64,000 nt of DNA from an uncultured bacterium (GTDB lineage Bacteria > Cyanobacteriota > Cyanobacteriia > Thermostichales > Thermostichaceae), in contig CAYSWV010000011.1 of the NCBI GenBank assembly GCA_964434865.1, positions 14,611 to 78,610 on the forward strand. Reading direction: 5' to 3'. Below the pieces are notes generated by a model that saw only the letters and a list, made by a program, of their open reading frames with translations, searched no databases and was not told where the DNA came from. Positions 56,298 through 64,000 of the stretch are shown here, piece after piece (position 1 is the stretch's first letter; each line of letters starts with the position of its first letter). The position numbers were made by a program, and so were the translations under genes.

Positions 56298-57053
56298 TTA
56301 GTTTAATTGCCGAGTAACAATCCGCTCCACTAAGTCTTTACAGGCTTCTGGGGTTAGTTGATCAGGATGTTTGACTTGGTAATCACGCAACAAAACGTCA
56401 CGGATAAGGGTTTGTTCTACACCTACTGATTCTCGAGCTAGCCGCACTCGTTCTGCATTACTTAGATCTTCAGGAGGTAATGGCGGGGTGCTGATCAGAG
56501 TCTCATCTCCCTGGTTAACTAATTGAAGAGCCGTCTGAATAATCGGTTCAAAATCAGTTTCACTGTTCCATTGAGAAGATTCCACCATAACTCCGTGAAG
56601 CCAGACCTGGCAAAACAGTACTTTCTCATCTTCACCAGGCAGAGGTACGATCTGAATAGGACTTTGAAGTTGCTCGGGCATGAGCATGACAAGAGCTGAG
56701 AGGAAGCTTTTCGCAAATACTGACGTTTCAGAGCATTCTAAAATCCAATGTTGATCAGCTTCAACTGTAATATGTAATTTGTTGGTTTCTTTACCACGAC
56801 GCTCAGTGGTGACTACCGCTAAACGACGGAGATAACCTGTCAGCGATCCGTATTCAAGACCCTGATTTTCACCATTAATCCGACGATACCAGAGATAAGG
56901 AGGACATTGTGTTCGGTTGCAATAGATGACAGGAGCCCCCGGTGGTGGACCCAATCCTAAGGGCTGGCGTTGAGTTTGCAATTCAATTAACTGTTGTAGA
57001 AGCTGATTCTGTTGACGCAATAGGGGAATGATCTCTCCAGATAGCTGATCCAT
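56298..57053 (-). CDS. Hypothetical protein
   Basis: 251-aa ORF with no motif recognised. Confidence 0.4.
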   Translation of the reverse strand: MDQLSGEIIPLLRQQNQLLQQLIELQTQRQPLGLGPPPGAPVIYCNRTQCPPYLWYRRINGENQGLEYGSLTGYLRRLAVVTTERRGKETNKLHITVEADQHWILECSETSVFAKSFLSALVMLMPEQLQSPIQIVPLPGEDEKVLFCQVWLHGVMVESSQWNSETDFEPIIQTALQLVNQGDETLISTPPLPPEDLSNAERVRLARESVGVEQTLIRDVLLRDYQVKHPDQLTPEACKDLVERIVTRQLN

Positions 57054-57312
57054 AATTAGGCCTCCCCGAGCTGTGACTTATTGAAGTTGAGAATGGTGAA
57101 CTTAATAAAAATTTGAAGGCAAAGATGTTGATATTTCAACTCCACAAGATTAACAAGATCATGAACATCTTGTCAAGCAAACTTGTCAAGCAAAAGGGAT
57201 CATCAAGCTAGCGTTACAGTTAAAAGTGTTGACTTTGATTCATGTTTTTACGAATGACTTCAGGCTTGCGTTCAATTTCAGCTATGCTATATGCTCAATT
57301 TTGTCTGTAGAC

Positions 57313-57714
57313 TTACTGCTTAGGTTCAGCTATTTCTTCAAGGCCCAGAGAGTCAATATCAAGAGCAGCAGATCCACCTCTGACCAAGAGTTCTAGCAGT
57401 GATCCTAGCTGCCACCAGACTAATCCTGCCGTACTGAGCACCATGATCAGAGCAGTGACCAGAGCAACTGGGGTAGTGAAGCCGATAACTTCCAAACAGC
57501 TCGCTAGAAAGGCCATTGTAAATACACAGGTCAACAGATAGGTCAATATAATCAGAGGCTTTTGGTAATAAATCTGAGGCTGAGACTCACGGTACTGCTG
57601 CCACTCTCCAACTTGATACTCCAACATATCCTTGAAAATAATGCCAAAGATAATTGCTAAAAAGTTGGTGATAGCAATAACGGAGGTCAGGGGTAGGTGG
57701 AAGAAGGTGTCCAT
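57313..57714 (-). CDS. Small membrane protein (hypothetical)
   Basis: 133 aa with 3-4 hydrophobic helices. Confidence 0.45.
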   Translation of the reverse strand: MDTFFHLPLTSVIAITNFLAIIFGIIFKDMLEYQVGEWQQYRESQPQIYYQKPLIILTYLLTCVFTMAFLASCLEVIGFTTPVALVTALIMVLSTAGLVWWQLGSLLELLVRGGSAALDIDSLGLEEIAEPKQ

Positions 57715-57928
57715 ACAGTCTCCAGGATGATGATAATGGTGCTAATTCTTTAGATCACTGATGTAAGCTTAGCAGTTCTTCGCATTTCTTAAAATTGGTA
57801 ACGGCTCAAGCTAAAGCCAGATGAGATTGCCAAATGAGGCATAGGGCTGCTTTTTTCCTGTGGTAGCAAGCCTGTACCTAATTCTAGGCTCTGGTCTCGC
57901 CAGTTTGGTCAGATTTCGATCAAAAGGA

Positions 57929-57957
57929 TTGACAAGGATCCGGATTATGTGTATACC
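57929..57957 (+). promoter_or_regulatory. Sigma70-type promoter candidate for the tandem sRNA units
   Basis: TTGACA (57929-57934), a 17-nt spacer, then TATACC (57952-57957). This puts the predicted start ~7 nt downstream, right at GGTGAGGAGTG. Confidence 0.4.
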
Positions 57958-57964
57958 TATTACT

Positions 57965-58030
57965 GGTGAGGAGTGAAGAGAAAAAGCTCTGGAGTCGAAA
58001 CACGGCAAGACGCCTGGGGCTTTTTCTTTC
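57965..58030 (+). ncRNA. Yfr2-family-like sRNA candidate, copy 1
   Basis: 5' GGUGAGGAGUGAA, then a bulged hairpin GCUCUGGAGUC-GAAACACGGCAA-GACGCCUGGGGC, followed by UUUUUCUUUC. Confidence 0.45.
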
Positions 58031-58038
58031 TTAAGAGT

Positions 58039-58116
58039 GGTGTGAGGAGTGAATACAATAAGGTAGGGTCCTGGAGTCGAAACATGGCAAGACGCCCAGG
58101 ACTTTACTTTATGTTT
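58039..58116 (+). ncRNA. Yfr2-family-like sRNA candidate, copy 2
   Basis: 5' GGUGUGAGGAGUGAA, in which GUGUGAGGAGU is the exact complement of the Yfr1 core ACUCCUCACAC. The hairpin GUCCUGGAGUC-GAAACAUGGCAA-GACGCCCAGGAC has compensatory changes relative to copy 1, and is followed by a U-rich tail. Confidence 0.45.
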
Positions 58117-58372
58117 AAGTTTATTTGATAGCTTGCTGTTGGATTATGAAACGATCTGAAGATGGTCGATTTCTGCCTGAGGGGCCTCTTGAGAAGACTA
58201 TTGACCTAAGAAGATTTCGAGACCTAGCTAAGAACCAAAATTTATCATCGATTGAATTGAGTAGTAAAGCCTATACGAACCGATTAACCCCAAGAGCCTC
58301 CCTCTTACCGTTCGATGGATTGGCCCGGATCTTCACCTCGAATAATCGGGTCTGGCTCATTCAAGGTTGCCT

Positions 58373-59146
58373 ATGCACTCTATCTTAATGGGATTTGCAG
58401 CTAGCTTACTGGCTGGCTTAGCCACTCCTGTAGGCGCCTTGCCGATTTTGCTAACTCCCCAAATAGATGAACGGCTTCAAGGTATCTTTTTAGGCTTTGG
58501 GGGAGGGGTAATGCTAGCGGCAACATCCTTTTCTCTGATTGTGCCAGGCACCGAAATTGCAATTGAACAAGGCTCTCCGCGATGGGAGGCTGCTTTGATT
58601 CTGCTAGCTGGCATAGTGATCGGGGCTTTGTTTTTAGAGTTTGCACATCGCTGGTTTCCGCATGAGCACTTTTTCAAAGGCAACGAAGGCCGAACACCCG
58701 CTCAATTAACTCGGATCTGGTTATTCGTCACTGCCATAACCATTCATAACTTTCCAGAAGGCCTCGCAGTAGGTGTTGGGGTCGGCTCGCAACCTATTCA
58801 TGAAGGGTTGGTATTAGCCACTGGGATCGGGTTGCAAAATATGCCAGAAGGGTTGGTCGTGGCTGTATCTTTACTGAGTCAGGGGTACTCTGTAATCTAT
58901 GCTCTGGGGATCTCATTGTTAACAGGGCTGGTCGAACCTATTGGCGGCTTGATTGGAGCTAGTGTGGTGAGTTTAGCTCAAGATATTTTACCGTGGGGGA
59001 TGGGGTTTGCCGCAGGAGCCATGCTTTTTGTGATCAGTGATGAAATTATCCCTGAAAGCCATCGGCAAGGCTTTGAACGAGAAGGCACCTTTGGGATTAT
59101 TGTTGGGTTTGTGGTCATGATGGTGCTGGATATTTCCTTCGGTTGA
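58373..59146 (+). CDS. ZIP-family divalent metal transporter (ZupT/GufA-like)
   Basis: HNFPEGLAVG and NMPEGL motifs with ~8 TM helices. ATG at 58373 is preferred over TTG at 58367. Confidence 0.85.
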   Translation: MHSILMGFAASLLAGLATPVGALPILLTPQIDERLQGIFLGFGGGVMLAATSFSLIVPGTEIAIEQGSPRWEAALILLAGIVIGALFLEFAHRWFPHEHFFKGNEGRTPAQLTRIWLFVTAITIHNFPEGLAVGVGVGSQPIHEGLVLATGIGLQNMPEGLVVAVSLLSQGYSVIYALGISLLTGLVEPIGGLIGASVVSLAQDILPWGMGFAAGAMLFVISDEIIPESHRQGFEREGTFGIIVGFVVMMVLDISFG

Positions 59147-59147
59147 A

Positions 59148-60401
59148 ATGGATCTAAAGGTATTCAACCCAATGAAAGTAGTTGTCATTGGCGGCGGGGC
59201 AGCCGGGTTTTTTGGAGCTATTACCTGTGCAGAAACCTATCCTGATGCTCAAGTTACCCTCTTAGAAGCGGGCCGTGAGGTTTTGACTAAAGTTCGAATC
59301 TCAGGTGGGGGTCGGTGTAATGTTACGCATGCTTGCTTTGATCCGGCCTTACTCATTCACCAGTATCCTAGAGGAGGCAAAGCCTTACGGGGAGCGTTTA
59401 CTCGATTTCAACCTCGGGATACCATTCAATGGTTTGAGCAACGGGGGGTTTCTTTAAAGACCGAATCAGATGGTCGTCTATTTCCAACTACCGATCAATC
59501 AGCCACCATTATCCAAGCCCTAACTCAGGCTGCTAAGCAAGCAGGGGTCAATATTTGGACGGACTCTACTGTCGAGAATCTGCAGGTCAACCCTAATCAG
59601 ATACCAGCTTTCCAGATTCAATTAAAACGAGGATCCTGGCTTCAGGCTCACCGAGTTCTGTTAGCAACAGGTAGTCATCGACAGGGCTATCGTCTGGCTC
59701 AAGCACTAGGACATCAGATTGAATCACCGGTTCCCTCTTTATTCACCTTCAATATTTCTGACCCCAACCTGACTGAGTTGGCCGGAATTTCTGTCAATGC
59801 CGTTCAGCTCAAGCTTAAGGTCAAGGATTGGAAATTAGACCAAAGCGGATCGCTCCTAATTACCCATTGGGGCTTGAGTGGTCCGGCTGTTTTGAGGTTA
59901 TCCGCTTGGGGAGCTAGACCCTTACATAAAGCTCAGTATCAAGCTCAATTGGATGTGAATTGGGTTCCCCAGTCTTCTCAAGCAGCTTTACGGGATTGCT
60001 TAAATCACCAACGCACGCAAGCAGCCCGGCGCCACCTCGGATCTCAGAACCCTTTAGCTCTACCTCAACGATTATGGCGGTACTTGATCAGCTGCTCAGA
60101 TCTTGATCCTGAGACTCGTTGGTCAGACCTTTCAAAGTCAGCGGTGAGCATCCTGATCAAAACCTTAACCCAGTCCGAGTTTGAGATATCTGGTAAAGGC
60201 ATTTTCAAAGATGAATTTGTTACCTGTGGTGGAGTGAACCTGAAGGATGTTAACTTTAAGTCTATGGAGAGTCGACAATGTCCTGGTTTATTTTTTGCTG
60301 GAGAGATTCTCGATATAGATGGCATTACCGGGGGATTCAACTTTCAAAATGCCTGGACAACAGCCTGGATCGCGGGTCAAGCCATGGGAGTATCAAGTTG
60401 A
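59148..60401 (+). CDS. HI0933/YhiN (BaiN-like) family flavoprotein
   Basis: VVVIGGGAAGFFGAI and ISGGGRCNVTH motifs, with a C-terminal GLFFAGEILDIDGITGGFNFQ. Confidence 0.85.
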   Translation: MDLKVFNPMKVVVIGGGAAGFFGAITCAETYPDAQVTLLEAGREVLTKVRISGGGRCNVTHACFDPALLIHQYPRGGKALRGAFTRFQPRDTIQWFEQRGVSLKTESDGRLFPTTDQSATIIQALTQAAKQAGVNIWTDSTVENLQVNPNQIPAFQIQLKRGSWLQAHRVLLATGSHRQGYRLAQALGHQIESPVPSLFTFNISDPNLTELAGISVNAVQLKLKVKDWKLDQSGSLLITHWGLSGPAVLRLSAWGARPLHKAQYQAQLDVNWVPQSSQAALRDCLNHQRTQAARRHLGSQNPLALPQRLWRYLISCSDLDPETRWSDLSKSAVSILIKTLTQSEFEISGKGIFKDEFVTCGGVNLKDVNFKSMESRQCPGLFFAGEILDIDGITGGFNFQNAWTTAWIAGQAMGVSS

Positions 60402-60488
60402 TATCTACGACAGGTTAGAGGTAAAATTATAACTCCTTGATCTGACTATGGTTGAGAAAAAGCTTAATTATTTGATACAGGTACAGCT

Positions 60489-63400
60489 ATGGTGAGTTCG
60501 ATTAGGCAGTTTGCTGGGTATCAGCTAATTGAGATTCTAGATCAGATCTCATCTTGGACACTCTACCGAGGACAACGGGCTACAGACACCCAAACAATAC
60601 TGATAAAAGTACTTAATGATACCTATCCTGCCCTGACAGATTTATTACAGCTTTATCATGCTCACTCTATGACCAACAGCCAGACTGCCTTTTTAGCCTT
60701 GGGTGTTTTAAGGTCTATTGAGATTAGAAGTGAAAGTAATTATTTTGGTCTCTTAATCGAAGATGCCGGAGGTATCTTACTACACCACTTTTTAGAACAG
60801 CATTCAAAGCTGGATATTCAGCGCTTTCTCAAGATCGCTATTCAACTAGCTGCGATCATTGAAGGGATTCATCTACAGCAGATCATCCATAAAAATATTA
60901 GACCTCAAACTATTATGATCCAGCCAGAGACTCTGCAAGTCTGGTTGACAGGATTTGAACTAGCCTCCCAAAAAATTCAAAGTGAACGTCTTGTTAATCC
61001 TTTAGTAGAAACGCTCTGTTATGTATCACCTGAGCAAACAGGTCGAATGAACCGTGGAGTTGACTACAGAACTGACTTCTATTCTCTAGGGGCTACCTTC
61101 TATGAACTGTTGACAGCCCACCCCCTCTGCACGAGCCAAGATCCTATGGAGTTGATCTATTACCATCTAACCCAAGTTCCAGCTCCTCCTAAAAAACTGA
61201 ATGCTCAGATTCCACAGGTACTAAGTGATATTATTTTGAAGTTAATCGCTAAAGCGCCTGAAGATCGATATCAGAGTGCTTTGGGTCTGCGTACAGACTT
61301 AGAACAATGTTTACACTACTGGACTCAATCCCAAACTATTCCAGCTTTTCCCTTACAACAACTGGATAGATCCGATCAATTTATCATTCCAGAAATTGTA
61401 GTTGGGCGGGGAGCTGAAATTGAACTATTGTTGTCGTCGTTTGAGCATGCTAGTCAGGGAAGTTGCACACTGATGTTGATCACTGGTTATGCTGGCATTG
61501 GAAAATCAGCATTGGTTCAAGAAATACACCGCCCTGTTGTACGACAGCAAGGTTATTTTATTTCAGGTAAATTTGATCAGTTTAAACGCGACATTCCCTT
61601 TTTTGCCTTCAAACAAGCCTTTCATCAATTAATCCGACAACTTCAGACCCATAGTCAAGCTGATTTGAGTCACTGGAAAGCTCAGATCCTCAGCTGCATT
61701 GCAGGACATGGACAAGTGCTACTAGATTTAATTCCAGACTTGGAGATGATCATTGGACCTCAACCTGAACTAAGCCCTGTTGATCCAGCTTCAGCTGAGC
61801 AGCGCTTTCATCAAGTGCTATCTGAGTTCATCACCGTTTTTGCAACAGCCTCCCATCCCTTAGTCCTATTTTTGGATGATTTACAATGGGCTGATCCTGG
61901 CTCGTTGCGACTTTTGAAATCATTGCTGGGCACAACTCAGTATCTGCTTATTATAGGAGCTTATCGGGATCATGAAATTGAAACCAGTCATCCCTTACGT
62001 GTAGCTTTGAGTGAGATCAAACAACAGACTGATGCTAATGTGATCGAACTAGAGTTAGGTCCCCTCGATCGTTTAGCTTTAAATCAATTAATTGCTACCA
62101 GTTTAAGCTGTCCAGAACCGATTGCCTTACCTTTAACTGACTTGATCTTTAATAAAACTCAAGGCAATCCCTTTTTCAGCACCCAGCTACTCTCAACTTT
62201 CTTCAAGCAGAATCTACTCTTTTTTAACCAGGAACAGGGGTACTGGGAATGTGATATTGCTAAAGCGAAGACACTAGACCTCAGTGATGATATTGTGGAA
62301 TTTATGGTCTTTCGGTTACAACAATTATCGACTGAGACCCAATCGATTTTGAAGCTAGCCGCTTGTATTGGCAATTGTTTTAACCTGAGTCTACTTGCTC
62401 TAGTAAGCCGTCATGATCCATTCGAAGTTGGTAGGTTGCTAGAGCCGGCTTTAAAGCAAGGATTGATATTACCCTCAAATGAGATTTATAAGTTTTTTCA
62501 AGATGTATCCCTACCATCTATGACAGAATCTTACCAGGATTTAGCTGCTGAGGTTGAATTCAGATTTCTGCATGATCGGGTTCAACAAGCTGCTTACAGC
62601 CTGATACCAACTAAGGATCAGCCGGCTATGCATTTAGCAATTGGTCGACTATTTCTGCAAGCCACTTCAACTCCTGATCGAATAGATTCTTTGTTTGAGG
62701 TGGTTAATCAGTTAAATAAAGGCATCCCTTTGATTCAAGATCAACACGAAAAAGATCAGTTAATTCAATTAAACTTGACAGCAGGCTTAAAAGCAAAAGC
62801 AGCGACTGCCTATGCTGCTTCTAGCCACTATCTTTTCACAGCGATTACATTACTACCTGAAACCTGCTGGGAGCGATCCTACAATCTAACTCTTCAGTTG
62901 TATCAGGCTGCAGCTGAATCTCACTACCTCAATGCTCAATTTGAGATGTCTGATCAATTAATTCATGTGGCCTTGGCGCAAGTCACATCTGTATTGGATC
63001 AGGCTAAACTCTATAACTTGCTTGTCGTTCAATGGAGCAATTTATCAGACTATGAACGAGCTGTACATATAGGTCTTCAAGCTCTTCGATTACTAGGTAT
63101 TGAAGTTGAGGTAGATACGATCGCAACTGAGCTACAGACTTGTGTTAGCAATATTGAACACTTCCTTAGAACCCATCCTCCTGAAAGTCTAATTCAGGCT
63201 GCGGAAATGCAAGATCCAGTTCAAATTTGTTTACTGCAGCTCTTGATGAACATGGCCGCCTCAGCCTATTTTGTCAATTTAGATCTGTATTGTTTTCTCA
63301 ATGCTCGAGGTGTGCTAAACGCGATCCATCATGGGGTATCTTCACTGGCTGCCAAGGTTATATCCAGCTATGGCGTCATCTTCGGTGATCGATTTAGAGA

Positions 63401-64000
63401 TTATGAGATGGGCTATCGATTGGGTCAAGTGGCGATGCGATTGTGTGAGCGGTTTCAGGACTTAGCCCAAACGTGTAGAGTTTACCAAACCATGAATCGA
63501 ATTATTCCTTGGGTTCGGCCAATTCGTGAGACTGAGGCTATTATTCGAGAAGGCTATCGAGCTGGTTTAGAATCTGGTGAGCTCTTATACGTAGGGCATA
63601 CTCTGATGTACAAATTCCTACATCCTCTAATTCAGGGTGATCCTTTGAGGGCTATCTTAGAGGAAACAGATGATTACTTGCAGTTTTCCCAAAAAATTCA
63701 AAACTACTCAGCCATCGATACCATTTTGGGACATCGGTTAATTTTGCACTATCTATTAGGTGACACCTCTGATGCTGTAACGTTTGCAGATCCGATCCTA
63801 AACTTAACTGAAGCTGAGTATGTGGCCGGCTGCCAATCTCGTAAAACAACGGGATCGTTATGTCTTTATTGGATCCTACGGTCTCAAGCTTTATTCATGA
63901 TGCAGCACTATGAGCTAGCTTATGAATCTATTCAGGCAGCGGCTGATCTGCTGGATTCCATTTCTGGCTTTATTGCAGTTGCTCTCTTCAATGTGATGCA
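60489..64000 (+). CDS. Multidomain sensor protein: degenerate Ser/Thr-kinase-like domain, AAA_16 (STAND-like) ATPase and helical repeats; partial (runs off the right edge)
   Basis: ATG at 60489 with an open frame to the window end, so it is not in the track. Kinase-like YQLIEIL...ILIKVL...HKNIRPQTI...TGFELAS...YVSPEQ. P-loop ITGYAGIGKSAL and LFLDDLQWAD. Confidence 0.8.
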   Translation, partial: MVSSIRQFAGYQLIEILDQISSWTLYRGQRATDTQTILIKVLNDTYPALTDLLQLYHAHSMTNSQTAFLALGVLRSIEIRSESNYFGLLIEDAGGILLHHFLEQHSKLDIQRFLKIAIQLAAIIEGIHLQQIIHKNIRPQTIMIQPETLQVWLTGFELASQKIQSERLVNPLVETLCYVSPEQTGRMNRGVDYRTDFYSLGATFYELLTAHPLCTSQDPMELIYYHLTQVPAPPKKLNAQIPQVLSDIILKLIAKAPEDRYQSALGLRTDLEQCLHYWTQSQTIPAFPLQQLDRSDQFIIPEIVVGRGAEIELLLSSFEHASQGSCTLMLITGYAGIGKSALVQEIHRPVVRQQGYFISGKFDQFKRDIPFFAFKQAFHQLIRQLQTHSQADLSHWKAQILSCIAGHGQVLLDLIPDLEMIIGPQPELSPVDPASAEQRFHQVLSEFITVFATASHPLVLFLDDLQWADPGSLRLLKSLLGTTQYLLIIGAYRDHEIETSHPLRVALSEIKQQTDANVIELELGPLDRLALNQLIATSLSCPEPIALPLTDLIFNKTQGNPFFSTQLLSTFFKQNLLFFNQEQGYWECDIAKAKTLDLSDDIVEFMVFRLQQLSTETQSILKLAACIGNCFNLSLLALVSRHDPFEVGRLLEPALKQGLILPSNEIYKFFQDVSLPSMTESYQDLAAEVEFRFLHDRVQQAAYSLIPTKDQPAMHLAIGRLFLQATSTPDRIDSLFEVVNQLNKGIPLIQDQHEKDQLIQLNLTAGLKAKAATAYAASSHYLFTAITLLPETCWERSYNLTLQLYQAAAESHYLNAQFEMSDQLIHVALAQVTSVLDQAKLYNLLVVQWSNLSDYERAVHIGLQALRLLGIEVEVDTIATELQTCVSNIEHFLRTHPPESLIQAAEMQDPVQICLLQLLMNMAASAYFVNLDLYCFLNARGVLNAIHHGVSSLAAKVISSYGVIFGDRFRDYEMGYRLGQVAMRLCERFQDLAQTCRVYQTMNRIIPWVRPIRETEAIIREGYRAGLESGELLYVGHTLMYKFLHPLIQGDPLRAILEETDDYLQFSQKIQNYSAIDTILGHRLILHYLLGDTSDAVTFADPILNLTEAEYVAGCQSRKTTGSLCLYWILRSQALFMMQHYELAYESIQAAADLLDSISGFIAVALFNVM

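Noticed and set aside
57975-58100. Minus-strand reading as a Yfr1 gene (stem-loop, ACUCCUCACAC, stem-loop, U-tract)
   Set aside because: The exact Yfr1 core is present on the minus strand between the two hairpins. However, the spacers (17 and 19 nt) and the total length (~125 nt) are much larger than the compact ~55-65-nt Yfr1 I remember. The good promoter is on the plus strand. The strand still needs experimental confirmation.
57965-58116. Tandem riboswitch (ZTP, guanidine-III, glycine or metal-sensing) controlling the ZIP transporter
   Set aside because: Only short resemblances exist (GACGCCUGGGGC vs the ZTP 3' element; GGCAAGACGCC vs guanidine-III). The rest of each consensus is absent, and the units are too small for known metal riboswitches.
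58125-58388. 87-aa ORF between the sRNA units and the ZIP gene
   Set aside because: It has no SD and an odd composition, and it overlaps the ZIP gene start. It is more likely an untranslated leader.
1-64000. CRISPR arrays, transposases/IS elements, integrases and rRNA genes
   Set aside because: None were seen. The only repeats are short (11-16 bp) tandem duplications and the 62-aa PASTA-like coding repeats.

Overview
The window is densely coding on both strands and looks cyanobacterial. The evidence is a Yfr2-type sRNA motif, a GLIC-like channel gene, a kinase-like/AAA_16 sensor protein and DNA that is GATC/GGATCC-rich by eye. I saw no rRNA, CRISPR array, transposase, integrase or reverse transcriptase. 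Housekeeping anchors are trpB, leuD and one tRNA-Ala(GGC).

Main accessory content:
1. 31.2-42.9 kb holds a tightly coupled contractile-injection-system (CIS; phage-tail-like, Afp/PVC-type) operon. It encodes a DUF4255 cap, sheath, tube, Q/P-rich protein, LysM/Afp7-like protein, VgrG/gpD spike, PAAR-like tip, gp25, gpJ and gpI. It has no head genes, no T6SS membrane complex, no AAA+ ATPase, no classical tail fibre and no recognisable toxin in the window. The fibre slot instead holds a single-pass membrane protein with four PASTA-like repeats plus a small membrane-anchored protein. This is my best candidate for the unusual system: a membrane- or peptidoglycan-tethered CIS variant.
2. 1-4.9 kb is a six-gene redox operon with two Rieske oxygenases, a 2Fe-2S ferredoxin, two diiron-carboxylate proteins and an unknown protein.
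3. 13.0-15.3 kb carries two tandem paralogous lipoproteins with all the hallmark motifs of two-lobed pepsin-type (A1) aspartic proteases.
4. 43.9-47.6 kb encodes HlyD-like, PgsB and a duplicated PgsC-like protein, a poly-gamma-glutamate-type module without PgsA.
5. 57.93-58.12 kb holds two tandem ~65-75 nt hairpin RNAs carrying the exact complement of the Yfr1 core motif, behind a near-consensus promoter and upstream of a ZIP metal transporter.
6. There is also a prokaryotic pentameric ligand-gated channel, a GT28 (UgtP/MGD-like) plus GH1 pair, a GT21-like glycosyltransferase plus ABCB exporter pair, and an Fe3+-type ABC importer.

All calls rest on reading the translations and motifs by eye. 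No database search was possible.
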